Positions 8,451-17,584 of a DNA stretch of 64,000 bases are shown here, piece by piece (the stretch's first letter is position 1; each line of letters begins with the position of its first letter). Under the pieces are notes generated by a model. The model searched no databases. It was not told the origin of the DNA and saw only the letters and a list, made by a program, of their open reading frames with translations. The translations under genes were made by a program, and so were the position numbers. The stretch comes from an uncultured Candidatus Saccharibacteria bacterium (GTDB lineage Bacteria; Patescibacteriota; Minisyncoccia; Phycocordibacterales; PALSA-1337), in assembly GCA_964558375.1 (NCBI GenBank), contig CAZLCD010000001.1:209160-273159 (forward strand). The letters are read 5' to 3'.

Positions 8451-11400
8451 ATGATAAACCATCAAGTCAAAAGTTCATATGCCATAGCAATAATCTCCAT
8501 TTTATTTTTCTGTGCATTATTTGTAGTCAATTTTGCAAGGAAAGAGATAGCTAAAATAAACTTTGTAGCTTATATACCGGAAGCTCGAACACTTCTAGCA
8601 CAAGCAGGGGGAAGTCTGAGTGATGGACTAGTGGGGCATTGGACTTTTGATGAGGGAAGTGGAACTACAGCGGGGGATTCTAGTGGGGCGGGGAATAATG
8701 GAACTCTGGTGAATTTCCCTTCAGATGGTTCTGGATGGGTTGATGGGTATTTTGGAAAGGCGCTAAAATTTAATGGAACAAACACTTATGTAAATCTACC
8801 AAAAATTTTGGCCAATAAAACCCAATTTACAATATCAATGAGGGCAAGGTTTGATGGTGCGACAGATTTTCAGGGAGCACTTATGGGTCACTCAAATGGT
8901 GGATTCTACATTCGAAAAGCTGGTTCATGTAATAGTATCATCACTTGGGTAGTAAATAGCTTGAGTACAAATGTTGGAGCCTCTCTCAATGGATCTCCTT
9001 CAAGTGGTATTGCCTGTGATAGTTGGCAAATGCATACATTTACCATGCAAACAAATGGAACTTTTTCATATTATATAGATGGAGAATTTATAAAATCTGC
9101 AACCCATCCATCATGGGATTCTTTCAATGCTTCACATGACAATAGGATTGGTCAATATGCCGGGTCTGGTTATGTATGGAATGGTCTCATAGATGATACT
9201 AGAATATATGATCGTGCTCTATCTGCTGTAGAAATTTCCGAACTTTATAATCAAGGTACACCAAATGAAGTAGTAGAAGTGTCTACAGCGGATAGAGAAG
9301 CACCAAGTATACCAGCGAATCTAGTTGCTACTTCTGTGTCAGCAACACAAAACAATCTTTCATGGGATGCCTCTACAGATAATGTCGGTGTGACTGGATA
9401 CAAGGTATATAGAGGAACAACCGATATCGGTAATACCACAAACCCTACTTTTCAAGATACAAATGTTCCCTCAGACAACTCTAGCGTCTATACTACTTCT
9501 ATATACACCGTACTTGCATATGATGCTCAGAATAATAGATCGAACAAATCCGCATCAGCTTCCGCTACTTTTCAGTCAGCCAATACAGAGAATCCAGCTA
9601 ATGTTGCTCAAAATTTAAATGGACTAACTCTAGGAACTAATCTGAGGATAGATAATCTTGGAGCGCCCTTGAAAGGTAATACTCAAGAGCATCAAGTAAT
9701 GTATAAAACAAATGATGGTCATAGACATTTACAAATGTACTATGATACTTTTGGTGCATCACCTATCGATGTTGTAGATATTGATCTCGAAAACGCTAAA
9801 GTTGTAAAATCTTCTCTCGAAAGAAATGTAGGGAGAGTCGGTACTCGTTGTCATGTGTTCTATCCAGCAAATAACAAAATGTATATAGGTAGTAGTGATC
9901 CAGGAAGCTTTAGTGAATTTGATCCTACTACCGGAGCGACCAAGTATATAAGTGCAGTAAAGTACAAAGGTGCCTATCATTGTGAAATAGGTGATGATGG
10001 ATGGATATATATAGGGCAAATAACTGCAGGTGTAGTTAAGGGGGCAGGTCTCGAAAGATACAATCCTACGACTGGTGTATGGCAAGATCTAGGAGTCATC
10101 GACCCTGCTTTTAATGGTGCTTTGCAATATGCTTACACATTAGGTGCTGACAATCGATATGTATATATTAGTCTCGGTCAACTTCCATGGTATCTAGCTG
10201 TATATGATACTCAAGCTACTTCAAATAAGATCAAGATTTACTTTAAAGAGAATGGAGATACTAATAGTAATATTTCAAAGGGTGCAGATGGCAAATGGTA
10301 TTATACAAAATATCATTTAGGAGAGACTCCGTATAAAAGAATGTATAAATTTGAAAATGGCATTCCAGTAGAAGTAAGTAGTACGCCAGTTTTGGATCAA
10401 TGGTATCAGCAGAGCAATGTGATATCTGACAAGTCAGCATTTAAGCAAGTTTTTAATACTGAAGTAAATTTTGATAAGGCAAATTCAAATTCAGAGAACG
10501 GGGGCACGGTAGAGATAAGTTGGAAGACAGATTCTGGATCTTGGCAATCTGCTACAGTGAATGGTCTCAGTCAGGTAGCAAGAACTATCAAGCGCCTGTA
10601 TCCATGGCCAGGCAGAGAAGATAAATTTCTGGGATGGGCTTCTGAATATGGATTAGTGTTTTTGTATGATGCTTCATCAAAAGATATTCAGTCATTAGGG
10701 TATCCAACAAGAAGTCTTTATGACGCTGTTTTTGTTGGTCCGATTATCTATATATCCGGATACACAGCCATTACTATGAAGTATGATCCAAGCAAACCTT
10801 GGACACTTTCAGCTTCGACCCTAGATCCGAAGTCGACTTCTGTTAATCCATACATCTTTTATGGTCAATATGGTAAGTATCATTACTATTCAACTCTAGG
10901 TTCAGATGGAATGCTATATATTGCCACCCACCATGAGCGAGGTTCAGTGGGAGGAGAGATTGCTTGGTACAACCTGAGTTCTGGCGCATCGGCTAGTCTT
11001 CGAGAACCTTTTCTGGACTATGATGTAAGTGATCTAAAAAGCGCTCTCAATGGTACCAAGATTGTCTACTCCAGTAGTAAAGATAAATTATTTATTTTCG
11101 ATGTTGCCACAAAAAGAATTGAAAGGGAAATCACTCCTATACCTGGCAATATGGAAATTGATAAAATTTTTGAAACTGAACCCGGGATTATCTTCGGTAT
11201 ATATGACACAAAATACTTCAAAGCAAATATTCAAACAGGAGAAATTATATACATAAAAGATCTTGGTGGCAGAGCTTTCCCTGGGATTCCTGCTTATGAT
11301 CGCAGACTTGTAAAAGGTCCTGACGGGTATGCTTGGCTATTTATCGATGATAAATTATCAAGAATCAATCCAGTGGACGGTACAATTCAAAAAATAATGA

Positions 11401-12011
11401 CAGCCCCAGTATCTAGCTTTATTTTTAATGGTAATGATTTGTATTTCTATGGAGGTACCACTATAAGTAGGATCAGAAATATTTTAATTGGAGAGATTAC
11501 AAATACTCCATCCATCTCTCTACCTGTAACAAACCCAGATCTTTTAAATACAGAAGATAGCCTTCCTGTAAACGCCTCCTGCTCCACCCGTCTAAACAGA
11601 TGCTCAACTGGTTCAGTCTCCGGTAGAACCTCCAACACTACTCATAACTTATGGACTTGTAATGGACTCAATGGTGGAACTAATGCTTCTTGCTCTATAT
11701 TAAAAACAGCACAAGATCCAGTAAATCCTATAGTCCCTGTAGATCCTTTACCTCTCCAAGCTCCTTTAACCCCAACCTACACTCCAGCATACACACCAAC
11801 TCATACTCCAACTACATACGTATACAAGAAACCAGCAACCCCTGCACCCAAAGTTATATCTCCCACCCCAGACCTCCCACCCTCCCCATCCTTCGAACCT
11901 CTAGACTTTATACCCACCGACTATATTCAGATATTACTCGACTTGATCAAACAATTCTTCATTGATCTTGTGGAGAGGATTAAGAGGGGAGTAGATAGAA
12001 TAATTGGATAG
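8451..12011 (+). CDS. secreted multi-domain protein: signal/TM, LamG (Laminin_G_3-like) lectin domain, FN3 domain, beta-propeller-like core, 4-Cys module, conserved C-terminal tail domain
   Basis: N-terminal hydrophobic segment, then 'LVGHWTFDEGSGTTAGDSSG..NGTL' through 'IDDTRIYDRALSAVEISELYNQG' (LamG). 'APSIPANLVATSVSATQNNLSWDAS..GVTGYKVYRG' is FN3. 'CSTRLNRCSTGSVSGRTSNTTHNLWTCNGLNGGTNASCS' is the Cys module. The C-terminus reads '...PDLPPSPSFEPLDFIPTDYIQILLDLIKQFFIDLVERIKRGVDRIIG'. Confidence 0.85.
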   Translation: MINHQVKSSYAIAIISILFFCALFVVNFARKEIAKINFVAYIPEARTLLAQAGGSLSDGLVGHWTFDEGSGTTAGDSSGAGNNGTLVNFPSDGSGWVDGYFGKALKFNGTNTYVNLPKILANKTQFTISMRARFDGATDFQGALMGHSNGGFYIRKAGSCNSIITWVVNSLSTNVGASLNGSPSSGIACDSWQMHTFTMQTNGTFSYYIDGEFIKSATHPSWDSFNASHDNRIGQYAGSGYVWNGLIDDTRIYDRALSAVEISELYNQGTPNEVVEVSTADREAPSIPANLVATSVSATQNNLSWDASTDNVGVTGYKVYRGTTDIGNTTNPTFQDTNVPSDNSSVYTTSIYTVLAYDAQNNRSNKSASASATFQSANTENPANVAQNLNGLTLGTNLRIDNLGAPLKGNTQEHQVMYKTNDGHRHLQMYYDTFGASPIDVVDIDLENAKVVKSSLERNVGRVGTRCHVFYPANNKMYIGSSDPGSFSEFDPTTGATKYISAVKYKGAYHCEIGDDGWIYIGQITAGVVKGAGLERYNPTTGVWQDLGVIDPAFNGALQYAYTLGADNRYVYISLGQLPWYLAVYDTQATSNKIKIYFKENGDTNSNISKGADGKWYYTKYHLGETPYKRMYKFENGIPVEVSSTPVLDQWYQQSNVISDKSAFKQVFNTEVNFDKANSNSENGGTVEISWKTDSGSWQSATVNGLSQVARTIKRLYPWPGREDKFLGWASEYGLVFLYDASSKDIQSLGYPTRSLYDAVFVGPIIYISGYTAITMKYDPSKPWTLSASTLDPKSTSVNPYIFYGQYGKYHYYSTLGSDGMLYIATHHERGSVGGEIAWYNLSSGASASLREPFLDYDVSDLKSALNGTKIVYSSSKDKLFIFDVATKRIEREITPIPGNMEIDKIFETEPGIIFGIYDTKYFKANIQTGEIIYIKDLGGRAFPGIPAYDRRLVKGPDGYAWLFIDDKLSRINPVDGTIQKIMTAPVSSFIFNGNDLYFYGGTTISRIRNILIGEITNTPSISLPVTNPDLLNTEDSLPVNASCSTRLNRCSTGSVSGRTSNTTHNLWTCNGLNGGTNASCSILKTAQDPVNPIVPVDPLPLQAPLTPTYTPAYTPTHTPTTYVYKKPATPAPKVISPTPDLPPSPSFEPLDFIPTDYIQILLDLIKQFFIDLVERIKRGVDRIIG

Positions 12012-12025
12012 ATAATCTGATATAA
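11757..12025 (+). repeat. family 3' tail repeat, copy 1: Pro/Thr linker 'TPTYTPAYTPTHTPT.Y.YKKP', the 'PDLPPSPSFEPLDFIPTDYIQILLDLIKQFF..' domain, and the shared downstream 'tagataatctgatataataaa'
   Basis: DNA is about 85% identical over roughly 255 nt with 17307-17580 and 22507-22765. A diverged copy lies at 56650-56898. Copies 1 and 2 also share about 20 nt of intergenic sequence after the stop codon. Confidence 0.85.
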
Positions 12026-12039
12026 TAAAATGCAAATGT

Positions 12040-15000
12040 ATGAATAGATTTTTAAAAATAATTTTACTTGTTACAATCACTGTTTCTTCAGTATCATCTA
12101 TAAATATTTCTACCGCATCTGCTAGTCTCACTGATGGCCTCGTAGCTCACTATACTTTCGATGACAATACAAATGACTCTGCTGGAACAAACAACGGTAC
12201 TGCATCAGGTGGACCAAGTTATGTAGAGGGTAAAGTGGGGAAGGCACTGCAGTTTGACGGAACCAACGACTATATAACTCTCAGTAACACTTCAGCAGCA
12301 GACATGACAACAAATAACTTCACAGTTTCTCTGTGGCTTAAAACAAATACAACAGCAACAACTCAGTATAGGTTAATAAGCAAAAGAGGTAGTGATGGGT
12401 ATGAGATCTATCTTGGTTCCGGACAAAATGGTCTCGCTGCATACTGTGATACTACTGGAGGTGGATGTTTAAATGATAATAATCTTGGAACGGCGAGCGT
12501 GAGAGATATGAAGTGGCATCATGCTGTAGTTGTGTTTGACCGTAGTGGAAATATGACTGGATATGTTGACGGTAATGTTGGTTCAAGTCCATCAAATATC
12601 TCAGCTGCAGTAGGATCTATGACAGTTGCTCAAAATCTAATGATTGGTCAATATAGTAATGGGGGTGGTGACTATTTCAACGGCACCCTCGACGACGTCC
12701 GCGTCTATAACCGGGCTTTGTCTGCTGATGAAATAATTCAATTGTACAATCAAAGTTCTGATTCCACACCAGATATTCCTGTAGAAGAAGTGCCTGATGA
12801 TACTCCAACGGATCCAACCTCAACTCCAACCCAATATAACCTATCTGTTTTAATGAGTGGTTCTGGTAATGGATCTATATCCGGTACTGGTATTTCATGT
12901 GGTACTGATTGTAGTGAAGTTGTAAATTCAGGTACGCAAGTAACGCTTACGGCTTCTCCAGCAAATAGTTCAAGTATTTTTTCTGGGTGGAGTGGAGGTG
13001 GGTGTTCCGGTACAGGAAACTGTGTAGTCACAGTCTCTTCAGACAAAACAGTAACTGCAACATTTACAACTCAACCATTAGTAATAGATGGTAAAAATAC
13101 AGTTACCCAATCAATGTTTTATACAAAAAACGGTTTATATAATGGATATGTTCGTGACAATACAGGATTCCATCCTTTTGTAGCAGATTCATTTCCAGGA
13201 CACTATATTAAAGCTGCAGATTTAAAAGGTATTAGTCAAGCATCAATCATTCCATTGGACCAGACATATTATGGTGATAATCTTGGAAATCAAGTTAATG
13301 GTTATCCCGCTAGTGAAGCAGCAGTAAAGCTCTCAGTTGGTGGAGATTCAATTTCTCTTGATTTGGTTAATATTGAATATGGAGTCTATGTGATTAGATT
13401 GGTTGGTAGGGTAAATCAACCTACCATTCCACGTATCAGGAAACCCCTCTATGTTCATTTAAAAATAAACGATGGACCGAATGGTGAAGTGAATGATTAT
13501 CGAATGAGGGTACTGTATTCTAATAACCTAGAAGAAACTGGCAGAATATTCTTTAATGCTCTAAAACCAAATAATAATCTTCATGCGGAACTTTTTGTTG
13601 GTCCAGGCAGTCAAGAAGATTTATTAATACACAGAATAGATTTTTTTGATGCGCTAGCCGATATACAGAAAAAAGCTGTGAAGACCTCAGCGACTACATA
13701 TACAGCAGAAGAAAAATCTTCTGCTCAGACTCAGGGTAAAAAACTAATAGGTCTAGGTACACGCTCATCAGATTGCGGCTTCTTTGGGATAGATTATTGC
13801 GGAGATAATATTTTTTGGCAATGGTTCAATGGTGGCTACACAACGACTCCAGCTGTGTCTTCTGCAGAAACTCGTCGACAAAGAGATGATATTATCTGGA
13901 ATGCTTTACCACCACTAAATGCCATGACAGCTGGTATAGATGGTACATACAATGCTTATGATAAATGGCCAAATGGTATGACGACTGCAGAGGTTGTCGA
14001 ACAATATGGGAAGTGGGAACTCGATCCGATAGTTACAAATCAGCAATATATCTATCAATACTATGACAGACCTTGGAAAATAGTTAATAAAAAATTGAAC
14101 CTAGAATATACCTTAGAAGATTACAAGGCTCACAAACCCCTACCCGATCCGTACCCTTTTAAAGATGATGGAAGTGGTGTTTATTTTCCAGCATCAACCC
14201 ATGACAGTCCAGGTACATATCAATTCATTATTGCTCCACTCATACTACAGAGAATACAAGGTCAATACTCAACTTCTTTTTTTGATCCAGCTGGTGGGCC
14301 GGGACTCAATTTACCATACAGGTATTTTTTGACTAATGATGAAAAAGTTGCAAGAGATACAGCTCTTGCCTTGGTCAGATTTTCTTCACAATGGCCAGCA
14401 TTTCAGTTTGAAGCTCAAGACCTTGCTTACAATAGCGCTCTTCCAGAGCTAGTTTTTAATGGAGCTTGGCGATGGACCAATGCTCGTATTGGTAAGGTTG
14501 TAGGTATAAAAGAAGACGAAATCCAAGGTTATCTCTATGCCTATGACTATCTTTTTGATTATATTAAAAATAATCAGGAATTAGCAGACGCTGTGCACAG
14601 ATATATACCATGGGTTCAAACCCCCGATGATATTATTGAACTGATCGATACTCATTTTGTTAAATCTTTAAAAAATGATATTAGTAATAAAAGAGTAATT
14701 TTTACAAAGCCCCTATTGATCGACCTTGTTCTTCAAGATACAGCGATAGAGCAGACGGAAAGCCCAATGGATATTTCAAAAATAATTAACTTCATTCATC
14801 CTCTCACTACTTCACTTAAAAATCACTATAGCAACTCCTTTACTCAAAATGGCACTATGTTCATAGGGTCATCTTTCTATGTTATCGGAGAATCTTCGGC
14901 ATTTATTAATATGCTTGACCCAATGACGCGCTACAAGGATTCGACTGGGAAATCTATTCCGTATGATCTGACTAATCTTGATTTGTTTCCAAAGGTTAGG

Positions 15001-17562
15001 GAATATTGTAATACTTTTTCTGATTATACAGTGGCGGGAGGTTACGAACCATCTTTTGGTGATGCCGCAGATACTATCTATGAAAAACGCCAGCTAAATC
15101 CAGGATTGGTTTCCCAAATTAAAAATATGTGGAGATTCTGTAGGAATCCCAAAGCCGCTTGGTTGCTTGTTAATGTGGTCGGAAGAACTGATCAAAGTAA
15201 TACTGAATGGTCTTCTGCTCAGTCGGCAGCTAATAATGTTCGTGATCCTAGAATTTCTTCTAATTCAAGAACATTAAATGGTCTAGGTCTAGGTATATTA
15301 GAGAGTGGCGTTAGTTCAAATGACTATAGAGATAAACGAGCGGTAATGGTTAGAACCGGTAGTGGTTATGGGCATGAACACCACGATGCTCTAGACCTTA
15401 GCTGGTTCGCTCTTGGACTTCGAATGGGAACTGATTATGGACAGAGGAATGAAGGAAACTTATATACCGTACCCAATGATGAAGCTTCGAATACTCACAA
15501 TGTCCTAGAGGTTGATGGTTTAAAGCATCCATTGAGAGCGACTGATGGTTGGCCATCAGGAAGTTTCTCTGCTTCAGATGCGTGGATATCAGTTTTTGCC
15601 CCAGAAAATGGAGCTCAATATATCTCTGCTCAATCAAAATCAGCTGACCATACCAATGTTAATATTTTCAGGCGAGATACTTCACTTATAGATATAGACG
15701 ATAAGAACTCCTATGTATTCGATGTCTTTAGAGTTGGTGGTGGACAAATGCACACATGGTCTTTCCATGGAGCTGATACATCAGGAGAATCTGGCGGTCT
15801 ACAAGTTAATGTGCCTATGAACTCGACTCTAGATAGTGATGCTAGTCAGTATCTTAGAAAACATGCAGAGGGTACTAGAACACAGGGTGTGGCAACTAAT
15901 AAAATTGAAGCAACATGGAGATTAGGTAGGACTTCAAATACTGCAAATCTTAACAATGCTGATGGTGCATCACTCTCAGTTACAACTGTCGCTGCAGAGC
16001 AAAGTATGCTGGGTTCTGATTACAATGCTTCCTCCCCAAGAAAATATACCAAGACTACTTTATTCGACAGATCGGGTGATAAAGTCATGATGGGTAATCT
16101 GTATTCTGCATACTACAAAATTAATGAACCAAATCTTTTTGTACAATCAGGAACTGGTGGTAGTTATAACTCTGGAAGTAATAAGCAAGATGTATATCCT
16201 GCTATAATTGAAGCTTACGCTGGTTCATCTCTTATCTCCGCTAGTCAATCACTTTCTGTTACTCCGAATGAATCTGATGCTCTAAAAGCTGTTGCGCTTT
16301 CAGTCACTACTACAAATGGTAATAATGATATATTGTTTTCAGATGGAAGAAATACAACTCGTACGATCGGAGGGGGTACTATGACCGCCAATGCGCAATT
16401 TGGTTACTATTCATCAAATGCTGGAAATATGAGAATGATGACTATTGTTGGTGGTACAAATCTAACAAAAGGAAATTATTCTCTAAAACCATCCGTTGCA
16501 GTAAATTCCTCTACTATCCAAAGTGTTAATTATCGTGATCGTAAGATATATACATCTTCAAAATTTCCAAAAACTCTTATCAATCGCGACTTTCATATAA
16601 AAAATACTGATCACGAAACTTCATACAAAATAATCAATATTGTTGACTCTGGCTCTGGTAGTATACTTACCTTCGAAAAACCTGCAGATATCGGGGTTCT
16701 TAAGATTGATGGCCTGTCAGGTAACACCATTACATCCTCAGATAGTTGGATTTTAGACTATACACCTAACAGAAATAGGGGATTAACCGGTACAAATGAA
16801 TCTGGTTCTAAAGTTTTTAAGATTAAAAAGACGGCAAGTAATGGCGGAAGTTCAAATACAATTTCTGGAGCATCTGTTTCTCAAGCTGATTTTACTGATA
16901 TTGATGGAGATGGAATCTCTCAGGTACTTGTATATGATTTTGGCATAGGCGATACAATAGAGGTTGCATCCGCCTCAACTTTAAAAAGAGTAAATAACAA
17001 TGATATATATCAACTAACAAGTAACACACCTCTGTCTGTAACTTTACCTGGTACTGGAAGCTTGGAAATTAGTTCAAATTCTTCTAGTTGGACAAAGATT
17101 AACAGTACCTTATCTACAAATTCAGTAACAGCGAACATTACTGAATCACAACTACTATCAGGTATCAAATATGTTAGAGCTTCATCAAACCCTGGTATTA
17201 ATCTTACATTAGAAGAGTTGAAAAAATTAGAGGACCAAGCTCTTCTTAATGTACCTCTTAATCCACTTACCCCATTACCTAACCCAGATCCTTTTCCTCT
17301 CTCCCCGCTAAATCCTACTACTCCAACCTACACTCCCGCATATACACCAACCCATACTCCAACACCCTATACCTACAAGAAACCAGTAACTCAAGCACCC
17401 AAGGTTATCTCTCCAACCCCAGACCTCCCACCCTCCCCATCCTTCGAACCTCTAGACTTCATACCCACCGACTATATACAGATATTACTCGACCTTATTA
17501 AACAATTCTTCATCGATCTTATAGAAAGGATTAAGAGGGGAGTAGATAGGATAATTGGATAG
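12040..17562 (+). CDS. secreted multi-domain protein: signal peptide, LamG domain, InlB-B-repeat-like Cys domain, large alpha/beta core (possibly heparinase II/III-like polysaccharide lyase; weak call), conserved C-terminal tail domain
   Basis: 'MNRFLKIILLVTITVSSVSS' is the signal peptide and LamG ends '...LDDVRVYNRALSADEIIQLYNQS'. 'SGSGNGSISGTGISCGTDCSEVVNSGTQVTLTASPANSSSIFSGWSGGGCSGTGNCVVTVSSDKTVTATF' fits the divergent InlB B-repeat pattern. 'YGHEHHDALDLSWFALGL' recalls heparinase II/III motifs with low confidence. The C-terminal tail is identical in type to that of 8451..12011. Confidence 0.85.
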   Translation: MNRFLKIILLVTITVSSVSSINISTASASLTDGLVAHYTFDDNTNDSAGTNNGTASGGPSYVEGKVGKALQFDGTNDYITLSNTSAADMTTNNFTVSLWLKTNTTATTQYRLISKRGSDGYEIYLGSGQNGLAAYCDTTGGGCLNDNNLGTASVRDMKWHHAVVVFDRSGNMTGYVDGNVGSSPSNISAAVGSMTVAQNLMIGQYSNGGGDYFNGTLDDVRVYNRALSADEIIQLYNQSSDSTPDIPVEEVPDDTPTDPTSTPTQYNLSVLMSGSGNGSISGTGISCGTDCSEVVNSGTQVTLTASPANSSSIFSGWSGGGCSGTGNCVVTVSSDKTVTATFTTQPLVIDGKNTVTQSMFYTKNGLYNGYVRDNTGFHPFVADSFPGHYIKAADLKGISQASIIPLDQTYYGDNLGNQVNGYPASEAAVKLSVGGDSISLDLVNIEYGVYVIRLVGRVNQPTIPRIRKPLYVHLKINDGPNGEVNDYRMRVLYSNNLEETGRIFFNALKPNNNLHAELFVGPGSQEDLLIHRIDFFDALADIQKKAVKTSATTYTAEEKSSAQTQGKKLIGLGTRSSDCGFFGIDYCGDNIFWQWFNGGYTTTPAVSSAETRRQRDDIIWNALPPLNAMTAGIDGTYNAYDKWPNGMTTAEVVEQYGKWELDPIVTNQQYIYQYYDRPWKIVNKKLNLEYTLEDYKAHKPLPDPYPFKDDGSGVYFPASTHDSPGTYQFIIAPLILQRIQGQYSTSFFDPAGGPGLNLPYRYFLTNDEKVARDTALALVRFSSQWPAFQFEAQDLAYNSALPELVFNGAWRWTNARIGKVVGIKEDEIQGYLYAYDYLFDYIKNNQELADAVHRYIPWVQTPDDIIELIDTHFVKSLKNDISNKRVIFTKPLLIDLVLQDTAIEQTESPMDISKIINFIHPLTTSLKNHYSNSFTQNGTMFIGSSFYVIGESSAFINMLDPMTRYKDSTGKSIPYDLTNLDLFPKVREYCNTFSDYTVAGGYEPSFGDAADTIYEKRQLNPGLVSQIKNMWRFCRNPKAAWLLVNVVGRTDQSNTEWSSAQSAANNVRDPRISSNSRTLNGLGLGILESGVSSNDYRDKRAVMVRTGSGYGHEHHDALDLSWFALGLRMGTDYGQRNEGNLYTVPNDEASNTHNVLEVDGLKHPLRATDGWPSGSFSASDAWISVFAPENGAQYISAQSKSADHTNVNIFRRDTSLIDIDDKNSYVFDVFRVGGGQMHTWSFHGADTSGESGGLQVNVPMNSTLDSDASQYLRKHAEGTRTQGVATNKIEATWRLGRTSNTANLNNADGASLSVTTVAAEQSMLGSDYNASSPRKYTKTTLFDRSGDKVMMGNLYSAYYKINEPNLFVQSGTGGSYNSGSNKQDVYPAIIEAYAGSSLISASQSLSVTPNESDALKAVALSVTTTNGNNDILFSDGRNTTRTIGGGTMTANAQFGYYSSNAGNMRMMTIVGGTNLTKGNYSLKPSVAVNSSTIQSVNYRDRKIYTSSKFPKTLINRDFHIKNTDHETSYKIINIVDSGSGSILTFEKPADIGVLKIDGLSGNTITSSDSWILDYTPNRNRGLTGTNESGSKVFKIKKTASNGGSSNTISGASVSQADFTDIDGDGISQVLVYDFGIGDTIEVASASTLKRVNNNDIYQLTSNTPLSVTLPGTGSLEISSNSSSWTKINSTLSTNSVTANITESQLLSGIKYVRASSNPGINLTLEELKKLEDQALLNVPLNPLTPLPNPDPFPLSPLNPTTPTYTPAYTPTHTPTPYTYKKPVTQAPKVISPTPDLPPSPSFEPLDFIPTDYIQILLDLIKQFFIDLIERIKRGVDRIIG

Positions 17563-17580
17563 ATAATCTGATATAATAAA
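17307..17580 (+). repeat. family 3' tail repeat, copy 2
   Basis: See copy 1. The identity is visible directly, for example in 'cccagacctcccaccctccccatccttcgaacctctagacttcatacccaccgactatat'. Confidence 0.85.
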
Positions 17581-17584
17581 GTGA

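Noticed and set aside
1276-10085. Numerous 60-120-aa ORFs nested inside or antisense to the giant genes (for example 1276..1479, 4370..4648, 7565..7924, 9759..10085)
   Set aside because: They lie within long, well-supported repeat-protein frames, have low-complexity composition and lack start contexts. They are treated as frame shadows.
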